Assembly (NCBI GenBank): GCA_964252035.1
Contig: OZ176208.1
DNA length: 64,000 nt
Source: Podarcis erhardii
Taxonomy: Eukaryota
Strand: one strand, 5' to 3'
Shown: in pieces, positions 50,745 through 63,370 of the stretch
How positions within the stretch are numbered: the first letter of the stretch is position 1
Layout: the number at the start of each line of letters is the position of its first letter
The notes under the pieces: model-generated
What the model saw: the letters and a program-made list of their open reading frames with translations, nothing else
What the model was told of the DNA's origin: nothing
Database searches by the model: none
Program-made: the position numbers and the translations under genes

Positions 50745-51000
50745 ATGGTCTTAATGACCATAGACAAAACTCATGGAAGATCACACTACCAGTGGCTATG
50801 AGCCTTAATGGTTATGTTTAATCTCCACTGTTAGAGGCAGTAATAGGTAGGCAGGAATTAAATTCATTGCGGAAAACCTCAGAAGGGGAAAGTGTTGTCC
50901 TCTGCTTGCAGGCTCCCACAGGCATCTGATTGGCCAATGTGAGAAAAGGATGCTGAACTAGATGGGCCACTGGCCTGATCCAGCAGGCTTTTCTTATGTA
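50745..51000 (+). mobile_element. CR1 3' end
   Basis: gctcccacaggcatctgattggccaatgtgagaaaaggatgctgaactagatgggccactggcctgatccagcaggcttttcttatgt is the typical reptile CR1 terminus. Confidence 0.8.
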
Positions 51001-52797
51001 TTACTTTGAAAAGTGTGTGTATTTTATGTTAAAAGTGTGCATTTTACATGAAAGTGTGTGTATTAAATAAAAAGTCTGCAGAAAACTGTCTGCACAAAGC
51101 AGGGTGGGACTGGAGGAAACAGACTCATGGTTGACTGCCAGTGACACCAAAACAAGGGAGAGCCCACTCCCAGTCTAATGTTGAAAGATCTTTTTAAATA
51201 CTAGGTTTAGTTCAGTGCTTTAGTTCTGAAAGGAAACAGAGGGGCTGAACAGAGGGGCTGCGCGGGGGGTGGGGGGAATGTATAATGAGACAATAATGGA
51301 AAACAGAGTTAAAAGATGTCACCAAGTGTGTCTTACAGAAAAGTGAACTTACAGAACAGTGACATTTAAAAAGATATAAAACACTATTGGAAACTTCATT
51401 ATTGTAGATAATTATTTCTTCTAAAACAAACAAACAAACAAACAAACACCAAGGTAATGATTGATGAATATTTCTCATAATATTTATTTCATAGTTGTGT
51501 CAGATTTTAAGTACAAAGGTAAGCAGTTTCTAAAGTGATTGATGCTTGTTTGTGGAATACTTAACAGCACTCTGCAAAGATAGCAGAAGTGAAGTTGAAT
51601 TCTCTCTCTCCCCCCCCCCTTTTAAAAAGAAAACTTTACTTATTAATAGCTGGGGAAATACATCTCATTAGTTACATTTAGAAGCTTCCTTTGAATTAAT
51701 TGGCAAAAACTCAAATTAAAATAATCAGGCTCAATGAAACACAGCTCGTTTTTGCTCTTAGAATTCCTTTATTGGTCATGTTTCTGTTAATCTTGAGAAA
51801 AACGGAGACAATTATTTTTCTATTAATACCTACCCCTTATAACCCAAAGAACCCTGAGCAGTTTGGACTGAGGAAAGAAGGAATGCTGATTCCATGTACA
51901 GCAGACAAGAAATGTATGTTTTGCAGGTTACAGATGACTAGGGAAGGGATAAAACATACTATTTGGGTCACCTCATCCCCAATTGCCCTCATATTGTGGA
52001 CTTCCATAGGTATCTGTGGGAAACAAGATGGTGAACTAGATAGGTCTTTTGCATAATCCAGCAACTTTCTTCTTGTGTTATTAGAGAGAGGGTACTGATA
52101 ACATTTAAAGATCAAAACCATTCTGCCAAATTACTTTTTCACACGACAATGATCTCTGTAGCTTTTTAATATACCCATTGCACAGATGAAAAACCATTTG
52201 AGGTAGGGTGATTCTGAACTGGGAAAGAACTTGAGAAGAAGAGGTTGGATACCTTTATGTGCCAATGCACCACATCACCTACTACCCCATCTGCAAAGGA
52301 ATAACCAGACATAACACAGTGCTTTTTTGGGGGGTGGGGCTCAAATAAGGCCACAACATTATCAATTACAGGTGTTTGAAGTTTGGCAAACGCATTGGAT
52401 ACCATTGTGTTCTGGCCTACTGGCCAGTAGTATACCCAAGGTCAATCCGACAGTGGGGGAGTCCTATGACCTACATCACCCCCCACCCCATGGGATGGCC
52501 ATCTTGGGAGTGCTGTGGCCCAAGCCCCCACCTGGGTATGTGAACAGAAGTGACTCTCATGGATCCCTTTAGCAGAATACCCTTTTATTGGAGGGACATG
52601 CAGAGCTCTCCTTCAGTCAAGATTAAGGCTTACAGCCAAAGTTGTGATGATAGCACCAGAATGGAGCCAATTTCCTTGGTGGAGAATTTACCAGCATGAC
52701 CTTTCTCCCAAGAATGTTGCGAATGATCCCCTCTTTTCTAGGGGCCAAATTTTCCTTGCAAAAGGAGAGGGTTCAGCACAGCACTATTTACTTAATA

Positions 52798-53051
52798 CAG
52801 TGGTACCTTGGTTTACGAACTTAATCCATTCTGGAAGACCGTTCTTAAACCAAAGCGTTCTTAAACCAAGGTGTGCTTTTCCAAAGCAGCGGAGGACTCA
52901 ATTTACAAATGGAACACACTCAACAGGAAGCGAAACATGTTCTGCTTCCAAGGCAAAGTTCACAAACCAAAACACCTACTTCCGGGTTTACAGTGTTGTT
53001 CATAAACTAGTTGTTCATAAACTAAGCTGTTCTTAAACCAAGGGACTACTG
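52798..53051. mobile_element. Tc1/mariner (pogo/Tigger-like) MITE, 254 bp
   Basis: TA TSD on both sides (52796-52797, 53052-53053); 23-bp TIR cagtggtaccttggtttacgaac vs cagtagtcccttggtttaagaac (3 mismatches); subterminal repeats gttcttaaaccaa and gttcataaacta. Confidence 0.93.
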
Positions 53052-56000
53052 TATACATATTTGGTTTGGGAGTAATGTCTGTGAAGCTAACCGTCTCAAT
53101 TTTTTTCCAGTATTTGCTGAAACTTCTAATTATCCCAGCTGGAATCCACTTTCCTACTGAGGTAACAGGCATGCATTCAGCAACATTGTGCATATGATCA
53201 GTCCAGCAACTGTGGCATAGTGGTGGGTTAGAGTGTCAAAGAATACAAGAGTCCAGAGGTATTATAAATTGTGTTCCCATGCTCTTCAGTAGCTGTGACC
53301 CTCTGCATCATCTCCACTCCTTAAAAATAATTGCCTATTGCTGTTGCAAGTTCTCTGTGCTTTCATGCTTAACCCCTTTCATTTGGGGGGGGGGAATGGG
53401 AAAGTGGGCATCTGGTGGCAGGGAGGAATGTTACCTCATAAGCCTATTACAGGTCTGAACTTTGGGGGAGATAAGCTCAGCTCTAACTGACTTGGTGTTT
53501 TCTGAACTGGGTGAGTGAGTTCCTTTGTAAGCATTCCCAATCCAGCATTTTACCATCTCTAATCTCTAATTATGCTCCTTCCAAAGACCCTTCATCCACC
53601 CAATTCTAACTACTTAGTACAGAGGCTATTGACAGAGAAGCTGTGTCCCCCTTTTCTTCTGGTGCTCATTATGCAAATGAGTTTTCTATTTTCCCCTAAG
53701 AATCGGACAACATCTCCATTGGAATATATACTTGGATCATATCAATTACTATTGTTTTGAAATCATTTAAGTTCAAATGATCTTATTAGAAAAAACAAAA
53801 ACCCTTTATATGGAGTTCACTAATAATTTACAGTTTAAATTGCTTGCATGGGGTGGCAACATGTCAGATGCTGAGGAATAAATGGTGGGCAAAGGGAATG
53901 TATTAGCAGCCCATAAAATGTCTTTTTCTCTCTCCTTTGGCACTCACAGCTACTAAAGTCATGATGCATAAGAAATTAACAAAGCAAATATATTCCACAT
54001 TGTTTACTGTACTCTTGCCAGTAACACAAGCTGTTAGCGATAATGGTCTTCTCTGCATGCTACATGGTGTTAAATAAGGATTATGCAGAATTCCATTTCA
54101 CTGACAGTGGAGCTTCCTAGACATAAGAATGTGAGGCATTAATGACCCTACCTCCTTGAAAGGACAAGAGAATATTTTCCTTTTTTCAAAAAAAGCCTTA
54201 AGTACATACTAATGAGATCAACTGTGTTAACACAGAAAGCAAATAGGGACAGAGTTTTTCTTACCTGTAGAGCTTATTGCAGACCATATTTCCACTCCAG
54301 AGCTTTGTGCCAAAGATCTTGGAACTTCAATCACCTTAAGAGTGCAATATATATTTGTCTGGATGTCTTACTGGAGTTGTGAAATAAAATGATATTAAAA
54401 TAAGAATAAAAGGCCACAGCTCTGCATTCCCTCAGTAATAATGGAGAAATTGGACATTGGTTGCTCCCAATCAAAATAGTCCATTGATGTCCACCATAGT
54501 TCAAAAGCCATTTCCTGCCTTATGTCATCCTTTTAAGCTCATATTCTTTCATAACATGCTGGCATTAAAGCCTCACAGAAGGTAAATATCAAAAAGAAAG
54601 GCTGAGCATTCTGATGGTGTACTGCTATTATTTTTGGACGGTGTTCAAGGGTAAACCAAGCAACTTTCATCAATTAAAAGTTTACAGTGTCCCTCATGGA
54701 AAGCTTTTCACATCAACACAACCTATGACTTTATGAGGCAATTTATATAGAGTGCTGGGTGTTAAACATAATACTTAGAATATGCTTTAAATATTCAGTT
54801 TTGCCTGACCTCATCTTGGAAAAGAGATTTGAATAAATATTAAAGCAGAGCTTTGTTTGTATTGCTTGACAATATTAAGGAGATTAATGAGGCTCTGTAA
54901 AAAGATACTTTTAAAGTTTCTAACCACAGTCTCATGTACGTCATGTAAAATGTTTAGGACATTCTGCAGTGAAAAGCAGTTGAAAATGTCATTTTTACAT
55001 ATGGTTAATAAAATATTCAAACTGATAGTCAACTATCTTGTAACTTGAACCTTAAAAAGAACAAGAAATTCTGATGTTTCTGCAGTCAACTTATTCATAA
55101 GAGTATTGTGGTGAATTTGTTGACCTACATGAAATTTTGCCAGACAAAATAGCCCTTCTGGGGTCCACTGTAGTGAAATACAGGAATAGGTGATTGGAAA
55201 GTTCAGCTTAAAGGACCAATACTTGCCAATACACTGCTAGGCAAATGGGATCAAAGAATGTCTTTTATAGTCAATGATCACATTGAATCAAAGAACTCTT
55301 TTATATTCAATGATTTTATCCTGGAGCAAATCCCCTTGAGCCTGTGGGCTGCAATCTTATACACACATACTTGAAACAAGTCTCTCTGAACTCAGTAGAG
55401 TTCTGAGCATAGGATTGGGTTTAAAACCCATGCTGCACTGCCTAAAAGACATAGCATAGTGTCTATTTATTCACAACTCTTACTTGTTAAAAAAACACAC
55501 CCTTGGAATTAATATAAACTCCAGAACTTCACAAGATACTTTAACAATCTTGTACCCAACAAGTTCCAGCTTTTCAAGGAAACAAACTTCCCACAATGTG
55601 TACTGTTTATCAGAGAGGAAGAATGAGTAGGCATCCCTCCCTAACCTTTAAAATGCTCCTAATCAATATAGTATTCTGGCCAGAATTCTCCACACTTTAA
55701 GCTGTATCCCATCATTGCTTGTATTTAAACTTTAACTTTCCCCTACTTTTTTGTTAATGTGAAAGTTCCACTTTCAAGGATCTCAAAAACCACCAGAAAA
55801 CCCATAAAGGTAAAAATAAAGCCAATGAATCACGTGACAGAACTGTCATGTTTGTCTAGTAGGTTTCTCATGTTCTTCTCTGACAGAGGCACCTGTGCTT
55901 TCAATGGCTACATGATGATGGGATATGCTAGTAGGTGCTCCCTTTCTCATCCTCAGGCCTAACATCAATATCTGGAACAAACAGGCAACTGTTGAGGCCC

Positions 56001-56360
56001 AAGTATCCCAGAAAGCCTACACAGCTGATGCAAATAAAGGCAAATATTTATTTTCCTTTAAACCCTTTTATTTAAGGATGGGACTGTGCTGAGGGGATTT
56101 CTGGACCACATGATGAAGCTGCTATCATCTTACTTTACCCAGAATGCCTCTGGGCCACAAAGTGGGATTGTGGCAGCTCCAGCCATATAGTCTGGTGGTG
56201 GCCTTCTCAGAGTCATTTGGTGTCAAGTGCAACTGCACTGATGCCTCCAGTCCCCACAGCTTTTATTCTGCTGGTGGTGTGGCAGCAAGCTAGCCAGGGA
56301 GGGATCACAAAGGTGGGGACCTAAACTTGCCCAGGTCATTTCAGAGACCCTTCATACACT

Positions 56361-56590
56361 TGTGTGGTGTAGTGGTTAGAGTGCTGAACTCAGACCTGCG
56401 AAACCAGGGTTCAAATCTGAAGTCAGCCATGTAGCCCACTGGGTGACCTTGGGCCAATTACTGTTTTTCAGCTCAACTTACCTCATGAGGTTGTTGTGAG
56501 GGTAAATTGGAGAGGGGGAGAAGTGTGTAGGCCCCTCTGAAGTCCTTGAAGAAATGATGGTATATAAATGTTATCATAAAAAATAAAATA
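56361..56590 (+). mobile_element. Older CORE-SINE (MIR/Squam3-like)
   Basis: gtgtggtgtagtggttagagtg...gggttcaaatc head, CORE ctgggtgaccttgggcc, A-rich end. Confidence 0.8.
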
Positions 56591-56714
56591 TATTGGGAAA
56601 TGTAAAGATGGTGGGAAAACAGTTTTTTAAAAACAAAATCCTATTGCTTTTCCTTTTCTTCATTCTTCTACTATATTCATCTGAACATCAAGCCAATACA
56701 GAAGGTGTGGGCAC

Positions 56715-56803
56715 AGGAAGCTGTCTTATGCCTTGGACCATCTAGGTCAGCATTGTGTACTGAGAAGGCCAATGGTTCTCTGGGGTTTCAGACCAAAGCA
56801 TCT
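56715..56803 (-). mobile_element. 3' fragment of the tRNA/CR1-tail SINE family seen at 10575
   Basis: aggaagctgtcttat...ggaccatctaggtcagcattgtgtac is the reverse complement of that family's tail. Confidence 0.6.
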
Positions 56804-56815
56804 ACACACACACAC

Positions 56816-56935
56816 AGCTCAGATGGTTAGAGAGTGGTGCTGATAACACCAAGGCTGCAGGTTTGATTCCCATCTGGGACAGCTGCATATTCTGCATTGC
56901 AGAGGGCTGATTTGGATACCAGCCTCTGGGATCCA
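56816..56935 (+). mobile_element. tRNA(Ile)-headed SINE (Squam2-like), decayed tail
   Basis: agctcagatggttagagagtggtgctgataacaccaaggctgcaggtttgattccc followed by ctgcatattctgcattgcagaggg, as in 43506-43650. Confidence 0.8.
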
Positions 56936-58577
56936 TTTGTATGAATGGAGATGTGCACTGACCTTCTATGTAGAAGCTTGAGGGATGGGTCATGGCCAGA
57001 AATATTATGTCTCCTAAAGCATTGAGGATGTCTTCTGTATAAACCATGTCTCCTGTATAATCCATGAATTTGGTGTATCATCAGTTGAGCTGCCATAAAG
57101 CAAAAATGTTGGTATCTGCACAATCAAAATATCTCAAGCAGTGCCTGAATTATGGTGGGAAGAGAAGATGTCACAAACCACACACCCCTTGATGTTTTAG
57201 CCAATTTATGTTCCTCAGAGCTTTCTAAAACTAGCAGTTAATTTCCCCCAGGTCAATAGGAATAGCAAAATTTTAAAAGAAAATTTGGGGCATCCCTAAT
57301 TGTGAGTTGACCACTGTGGTCAAAATATGAAAATTATTTTTATCCTAACCCAGTACTAAAACAACTTTTTGTTGTGGGCTAGACCACAAAGTCTAGGTTT
57401 TCTCTCTCTGGTTATTTATCATACAATTCAGAATTAATAAAATAAACTGCTAAATGGTCCCAGGACAGAGTTTGAATCTACCCATTAGAGTCATTACCTT
57501 GCTCACATGTAAAGAAAGCAACTGCCAATAAGTTCAATAAAACTACAGCACAGTCTAAACTGTTAGAAATTAATGTGCAAACTGTACAATTATTGCACAA
57601 TTAACTTCTTGGACAGCATTGAGATTTGCCCTCAGGGTAAAATAGACCAAAACACCTGTTAAGTAGAGTACAATCTAATTTTAGCTAATGACCTTTATTT
57701 CCCTAATTTGCTTAATTCTTGTGAAAAGCTGTGATTGGGAAAGAAAGTCTTATTCCCACAGAGGAATGAAGTGCCAATTTGTTTGAATATCTCCTCAGTG
57801 CACAAATTGCATCTCTTATGTACAAAGTGGAATTCATGTACAAGTTAACTGTTCAATTACAGGGACTTATGCACTTTTCATACATCTAATGCACATTTAA
57901 TTCCTCTCTGAAAGGGGAAAGTAATTATTGGGCCAGATCCAATAAAAATGCAGATGGTGACTCAGGAAATGATGAAGGTTACTGGTAGAGCTACAATCAT
58001 AAAGGACTTCTAATATTCACAAGCATGCAGAAACAGACATGTTGGAGCCAATCCAAAATCCACCGATTCCAGGCCAATGAAATCGTTACAGCAGGATCCC
58101 TGCACAGAGCAAATAATATATCAATATAATATTCCTGTGTCAGAATGTCTCAACTGTCTACCACCAAAGTCTTACCTGAAGGTTTACTGTTACAGGAGTT
58201 ACTTGAGTCTGCTGCCATCTTCTAGTCTGTTGAACTCTAATATTGTTCTCATTGAGCATTGTTTCTTTTTTTACTCCAGATACTATTGCTTGTTTGTTCA
58301 TGGTAAATTTGATATTTACCATGTGGCCTTCAGAAATTATTAGATGATAGTCTCCCCCAGCCCCCAGCCAGCATAGTATATAAATAGAGACCCATATCAA
58401 CAACATCTGGAGGGCAACATATTGTCTATTTCTTTTCTAATGTTTATCACATTGTTTTGTATTCAGCTAAGTCCTACTCAGAGTAATCCAGCTGAAATGA
58501 ATGAAACCATGTTTGTCATGTTTACTTCAGTGGGTCTACTGTAAGCAAAAATTTGCATTGACTACCATCTTAAAAAG

Positions 58578-59031
58578 CAGGTCCGTATAGTTAAAGCCAT
58601 GGTGTTCCCAGTAGTGATGTATGGAAGTGAGAGCTGGACCATAAAGAAGGCTGATCACCGAAGAATTGATGCTTTTGAATTATGGTGCTGGAGGAGACTC
58701 TTGAGAGTCCCATGGACTGCAAGAAGATCAAACGTATCCATTCTTAAAGCCCTGAGTGCTCACTGGAAGAACAGATCGTGAAGCTGAGGCTCCAATACTT
58801 TGGCCACCTCATGAGAAGAGAAGACTCCCTGGAAAAGACCCTGATGTTGGGAAAGATGGGCACAAGGAGAAGGGGACGACAGAGAACGAGATGGTTGGAC
58901 AGTGTTCTTGAAGCTACAAACATGAGTCTGACCAAACTGCGGGAGGCAGTAGAAGACAGGAGTGCCTGCTGTGCTCTGGTCCATGGGGTCATGAAGAGTC
59001 GGACATGACTAAATGACTAAACAACAACAAC
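58578..59031 (+). mobile_element. 5'-truncated RTE-BovB LINE 3' end
   Basis: MVFPVVMYGSESWTIKKADHRRIDAFELWCWRRLLRVPWTARRSN and KLRLQYFGHLMRREDSLEKTLMLGK...RRRGRQRTRWLD are BovB ORF C-terminal sequences; frameshifted; ends gactaaatgactaa(ACA)n. Confidence 0.97.
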
Positions 59032-59347
59032 TAGTATTCTGTTAAGTGGCAGGATATGGCTGTGACAATCCTCATGCTTTGCATTTCAATTCTAAGTCAC
59101 TGTTTTGTGGAATGACATCTTCCTGACATCTTTATATTTGCTGAAAAAACCAGCTGTGCTCCCTCTCCACATCTGGATCAGGGCAGCAGTGGAAGAGAAT
59201 GAGACAAAAGAGAGGCCAATGCCATTATAGAAAGCACAAGGAAAACTGGATGAAACAAACTTTGCTTTACAGACTCCAAAACATTTTAAAGAAAAAAATG
59301 ACAGGGCACAACAGGTTTCTCACAGTAATATTGCTGAAGGGTAACGT

Positions 59348-59471
59348 CAATGCTAGAAAAAGAGGTGCCGGTACTCACCATGAAGTTGTTACAGTAGGTG
59401 CCACACTTTTTAACAACAAAAAAGAGGTGTCGGTACTGTGTACCCTTGAGTGCCCCCAAAAGAAAACACTG
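59348..59471. mobile_element. hAT MITE with 8-bp TSD
   Basis: TSD ggtaacgt (59340-59347) / ggtaacgc (59472-59479); termini caatgct / aacactg; internal direct repeat aaaaagaggtgYcggtact twice. Confidence 0.8.
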
Positions 59472-60026
59472 GGTAACGCTCCCCAATGACACAAATAAAG
59501 AGTGGGTGAATACTGCTATATGGGGTGTTGGTAGACCAACAGCTGCAGGGACATTTGTCAATCCTGCATTTAAAGGCAAGAGGGGAAATGTGGGCAGCAT
59601 GAAGATGGAATTATGGAACACCTAGAGACAGGTACATCTCACAGGATTAATAGCTAACTCTGTAAACAAAGCAAATACAAATTAGACCCAGATCATTCAC
59701 CTGTAATCAAACTTCAGTTCAGTTTTAGATGTATATTTCCCCACCTACTTATTATTTTTTGCTTTTGTGGCTTCAATTAAAAGCCATGCTAGGGAAAATT
59801 CATTATTATTATTTTTACAAAGAATGCATTTTGCGAGAGGTGTAGCTAACCAGAGTAGACAGCACTAGTCTTGATGGATAAATAGTGTGACCTGGTAAAT
59901 TGCAGCTTCTTATATTCTTCTGCTGTCTTGACTTGGTTTGTAATGCAAGATGCTGATAAGCTGAAGACATTGGTGAAGAAAACTTCGGGTGAGGGATGGA
60001 AACATGTCCTAGGGCATGGTCTAAGG

Positions 60027-60160
60027 TGGCCTTCCTCAGTCTGGTGCTCTTCTGGTGTTCTGGGCTACAAATCCCATCAGCCCCAGCTGCCTTGGCCAGT
60101 GGTCAGGGATGATGGGAGCCACAATCCAAAGCATATAAAAAGCACCAGATAAGGGAAGCT
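60027..60160. mobile_element. Palindromic MITE relic
   Basis: cttcctcagtctggtgct...agcaccagataagggaag and tcccatca...tgatggga inverted pairs. Confidence 0.7.
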
Positions 60161-62088
60161 TGGTCTTCAGGTACATGATGCATCTACCTTGTTGCTGTTA
60201 AGCAAGTCTGGGTCTGGTCAATGCCTGTGTGGGAAACCGTGAGGGAACCCCTGTAGACATTGCCTTGAATGCTATGATGACAGTAGGATATGAAAGCACT
60301 AGATAAAGAAACACAAACAAGTAAGTTACACCTCTAAATGCTCAACAACCTTTTTTTCTTTAAAAAAGGCCTCCATACCAAATGTCAAAGTACTGGTAGA
60401 TACTGCAGTTTACCAGGAAGACTGTCCATGATAAGTAGGGATGCTTGGAGTACAAGCAAAACTTTGCTTGGAATAATAAGTACTCTCTATGTCTCTCTCA
60501 CTCTCACTCTTCCCACCCTATGTCTTTGTTCATTGGAAGAAACAATTATCTTCTCGGCATTTCCTACTGAAATGCCTCTTAAGATGCTGTTTTCTTTAGA
60601 TTCCCCCCCCCCTTTCAGATCCAGAGAGCTAGAAGCACTCAAGCATGCATTCAAAAAAATGTTTCCCAAAACACTTGCAGTGAAATTTCATGAAAAGATA
60701 CATTCAGAATCATGTTTTAAAGCACTCTCCCAGGGACTGAAAGAAGAATTTCTGAAGATTTCAGGGATTTGTTTTGGAGCATGGACTTGCTTTAGAAAGA
60801 TGAACAATATGGATAGAAAGAGGAGCCTCGTCTTTCTTCCATAGTCATTAAAGCCATTACCACTACATGGGTGTGTGTGAGTGAAAGAATTTCTAAATTC
60901 CTAAGTATGTCATTAGCAAAAGTTTTACATTTCTCAATGATAACAAACAGCACCTGCTTGTTCCCTCTTAAATCCCACTGTCCGTGTCAATTGCCCCAAA
61001 GTCCTCAATTATCTGGTTTTGAAACAAGGCCATGATTTTACTATTAAAAACTGGAGTTTGGTCACCTTCAATAGTGGGAAGGCTTAAAAAAGGGACCATG
61101 TAGTAGGATTTTGTGTTTCTGACAGAGATGGAGCAAACATTTGCAGGGGAGGGGGCTTAAAACAAAAACTCATCCTACTTGACAAACTAGGTCACCTGGG
61201 GATAGGTGAGCTTAACAAGAAGTTTGTGTGTATTTCCCCTCACTTTATTTTGCTGATGGATCTAGATGTCCATTGTCAGGTAAGAGAGGGCAGGAGGGAA
61301 TAAAAGGTGCATAAGAACCTAGAGGAATTGATTTTATGAGTCTCAAGCCAGGCAAATGGACTGATATTTCAGCTGGATCCATATAAATGATATTAACCTA
61401 TTCATATGACTATGGCAAATGTATGTTAAATGTCAATGCTAGATCTGAAGCTAATCCAAATTGGCACATAGGGTACGGTTTAGGAGAATATAAAACTTTT
61501 AGAACTCATGTGGCTAATTGAGGAATTAAAAATCTTAACTCCATGGTGATTTTATTTCCCATTTCTAACTGGTGGCTGCCGGGTCAAACAGTATGACTCA
61601 CTGCTGTAACACATGGCACAATCTGTTTGCACTCTGACATTCAGATTATAAGTAAGAATGCTCTCATATTCAGACACTATTTTGCCTCATCCTGCAGAAT
61701 GTAGGCAAACATAATGGCTGAGAAATGGTCCCTGTCAATTTGGTATAGCTCCAGTTTTATCACTGGCTTAAGGTAGCAATCCTATGGCAAGGTCCACTGG
61801 GGCAAACAGCTTAGGGTACTATGGATTGCTGGCTCAGCCAGCTAATTCCCAGCTCAGCCAACATTAAGTGTCCAATCCCAGCTCGCCTGAACATAACGTT
61901 GATTTAACTTCCTCATTCTGGCTCAGCTGGAGCTTAACTGGATGAGCTGAAGTTGGCTGAACTGAAGCTGGTGTATGTCACCCCTCCAAAAAAAAAAAAA
62001 AAAAAAGGCATGGTGGAGTGGGTCAGGACCAGAGGATATCAATATGGCTAAATCCTAAACCCATTCACCTTGGCCACATGACTTGGCA

Positions 62089-62399
62089 GACACCTCCAAG
62101 TGTCCCTATTCTCCAGGGACAGTCCTGGATTTACGGAAGTCATCCAGGTTTCTGATTTGATCCTGGAATGTCCCGCTTTTCCTTAGGACATCCTATTTTC
62201 ATCAGAGAAATGTTGGAGGGTCTGGAGTTATGTGACCCCCGAGCCAAGGAAATAAGTAACAATACAATATCTAGAATACCTCTGAAGGCAACCCTCTATA
62301 GGGAAGTTATACAGTATAGTTATATTCACTATACAGGCAGCCCTGTATAGTGGAAGCCAGTGAGTGGCTGGGGCAACCCAGAAAGATGGGTGGGGTATA

Positions 62400-62433
<34 letters not shown>

Positions 62434-62500
62434 TGTTATCATCATCATCATCATCATCATTGACATCCCTATTTTCATCGGAGAAATGTTGGAAGGTATG
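62089..62500. mobile_element. Composite hAT-type non-autonomous element with duplicated right terminus and internal (ATT)n/(ATC)n
   Basis: TSD acttggca (62081-62088) / acctggca (62501-62508); termini gacacctccaa vs cataccttccaa (reverse complement of the end); gacatcc(c)tattttcatc.gagaaatgttgga occurs at about 62187 and 62462. Confidence 0.8.
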
Positions 62501-62524
62501 ACCTGGCAATATTAATTCATTCAT

Positions 62525-63370
62525 CTTTTATTTTTATTTTATTTTTTAAAATAATATTTATTACTTTTAAAGCTTACAAAAAAGAAAAGGAAAGAAAAGG
62601 AAGAAAGAAGACAAAAGAACAAAAAAGAACAAAAAAGAGAAAAAACAATACAATACATAAACAATACAAAACATAACCTTAACACATTAAACCAACACAG
62701 TAAACTAAACCAAACCAAACAAAAACAATTTAAAAACATACATCATACCTTTTCCATATTCTATCTTTCATTCCCTTGTATCATTGACCTCCTCTCACCT
62801 CCCTCTTTGTATTCCACTTCCATTAATTGTTTCAGCAATTCCTTTCCATCTTTCTCTATTTTCTATCATATAAATGTCTTAACATATTTTTAATCTTATT
62901 TCCATTGAAATTAGTATACTTATTTAAGCTTAACTCCTTATAGTATTTCAGCTAAAGCCATAAAATTTCCTTCCAACATTTTTCTATCACTCATTAATTT
63001 TACAATATTTCTATATATAGACTTTAAATTTCCAGTCTTCTTCCACCATCTCCTCTCCCCAGTCTCGGACTCTGCCAGCCACTTCCGTCAACTCCATACA
63101 GTCCATCAACCTGGAGATCTTATGTCCGAGGCTCTTAACTCTTTCCCACGTCCCTTCTGCCAGTCTTCTTCATATTCTTTGATGCTAAAGAGCAGATCTC
63201 GGGGAAAAACTAATCCAATGATACTTTTATTCCTTCTCGACAGGTCAGCCAGATTTCCATAATTAAAGCTAGGATCCATAAAGTATTTCAGGGCATGTTT
63301 CTTGTGGACAATTGGATTTTAAACAACAACCCATGAGTAAAAAGGAAAATTGGATCTTTAAATATCTTAA
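62525..63370 (-). mobile_element. L1-derived element, 3' part (short ORF end, ORF2 C-terminal remnant, 3'UTR, A-rich tail)
   Basis: Minus strand encodes LMDCMELTEVAGRVRDWGEEMVEEDWKFKVYI, resembling the C-terminus of lizard L1 ORF2; A-rich minus strand; T-rich tail on plus at about 62525-62560. Confidence 0.75.

Noticed and set aside
56816-56890. Possible tRNA-Ile gene
   Set aside because: It continues directly into the SINE body shared with 43506-43650 and has a degenerate acceptor stem, so it is a SINE head.
60338-60844. Longest ORF in the track (168 aa), with a strong acceptor at ~60618
   Set aside because: No recognisable domain, the frame crosses low-complexity sequence and a poly-C run, and a few ORFs of this size are plausible by chance in 64 kb. 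TBLASTN would be needed to revive it.
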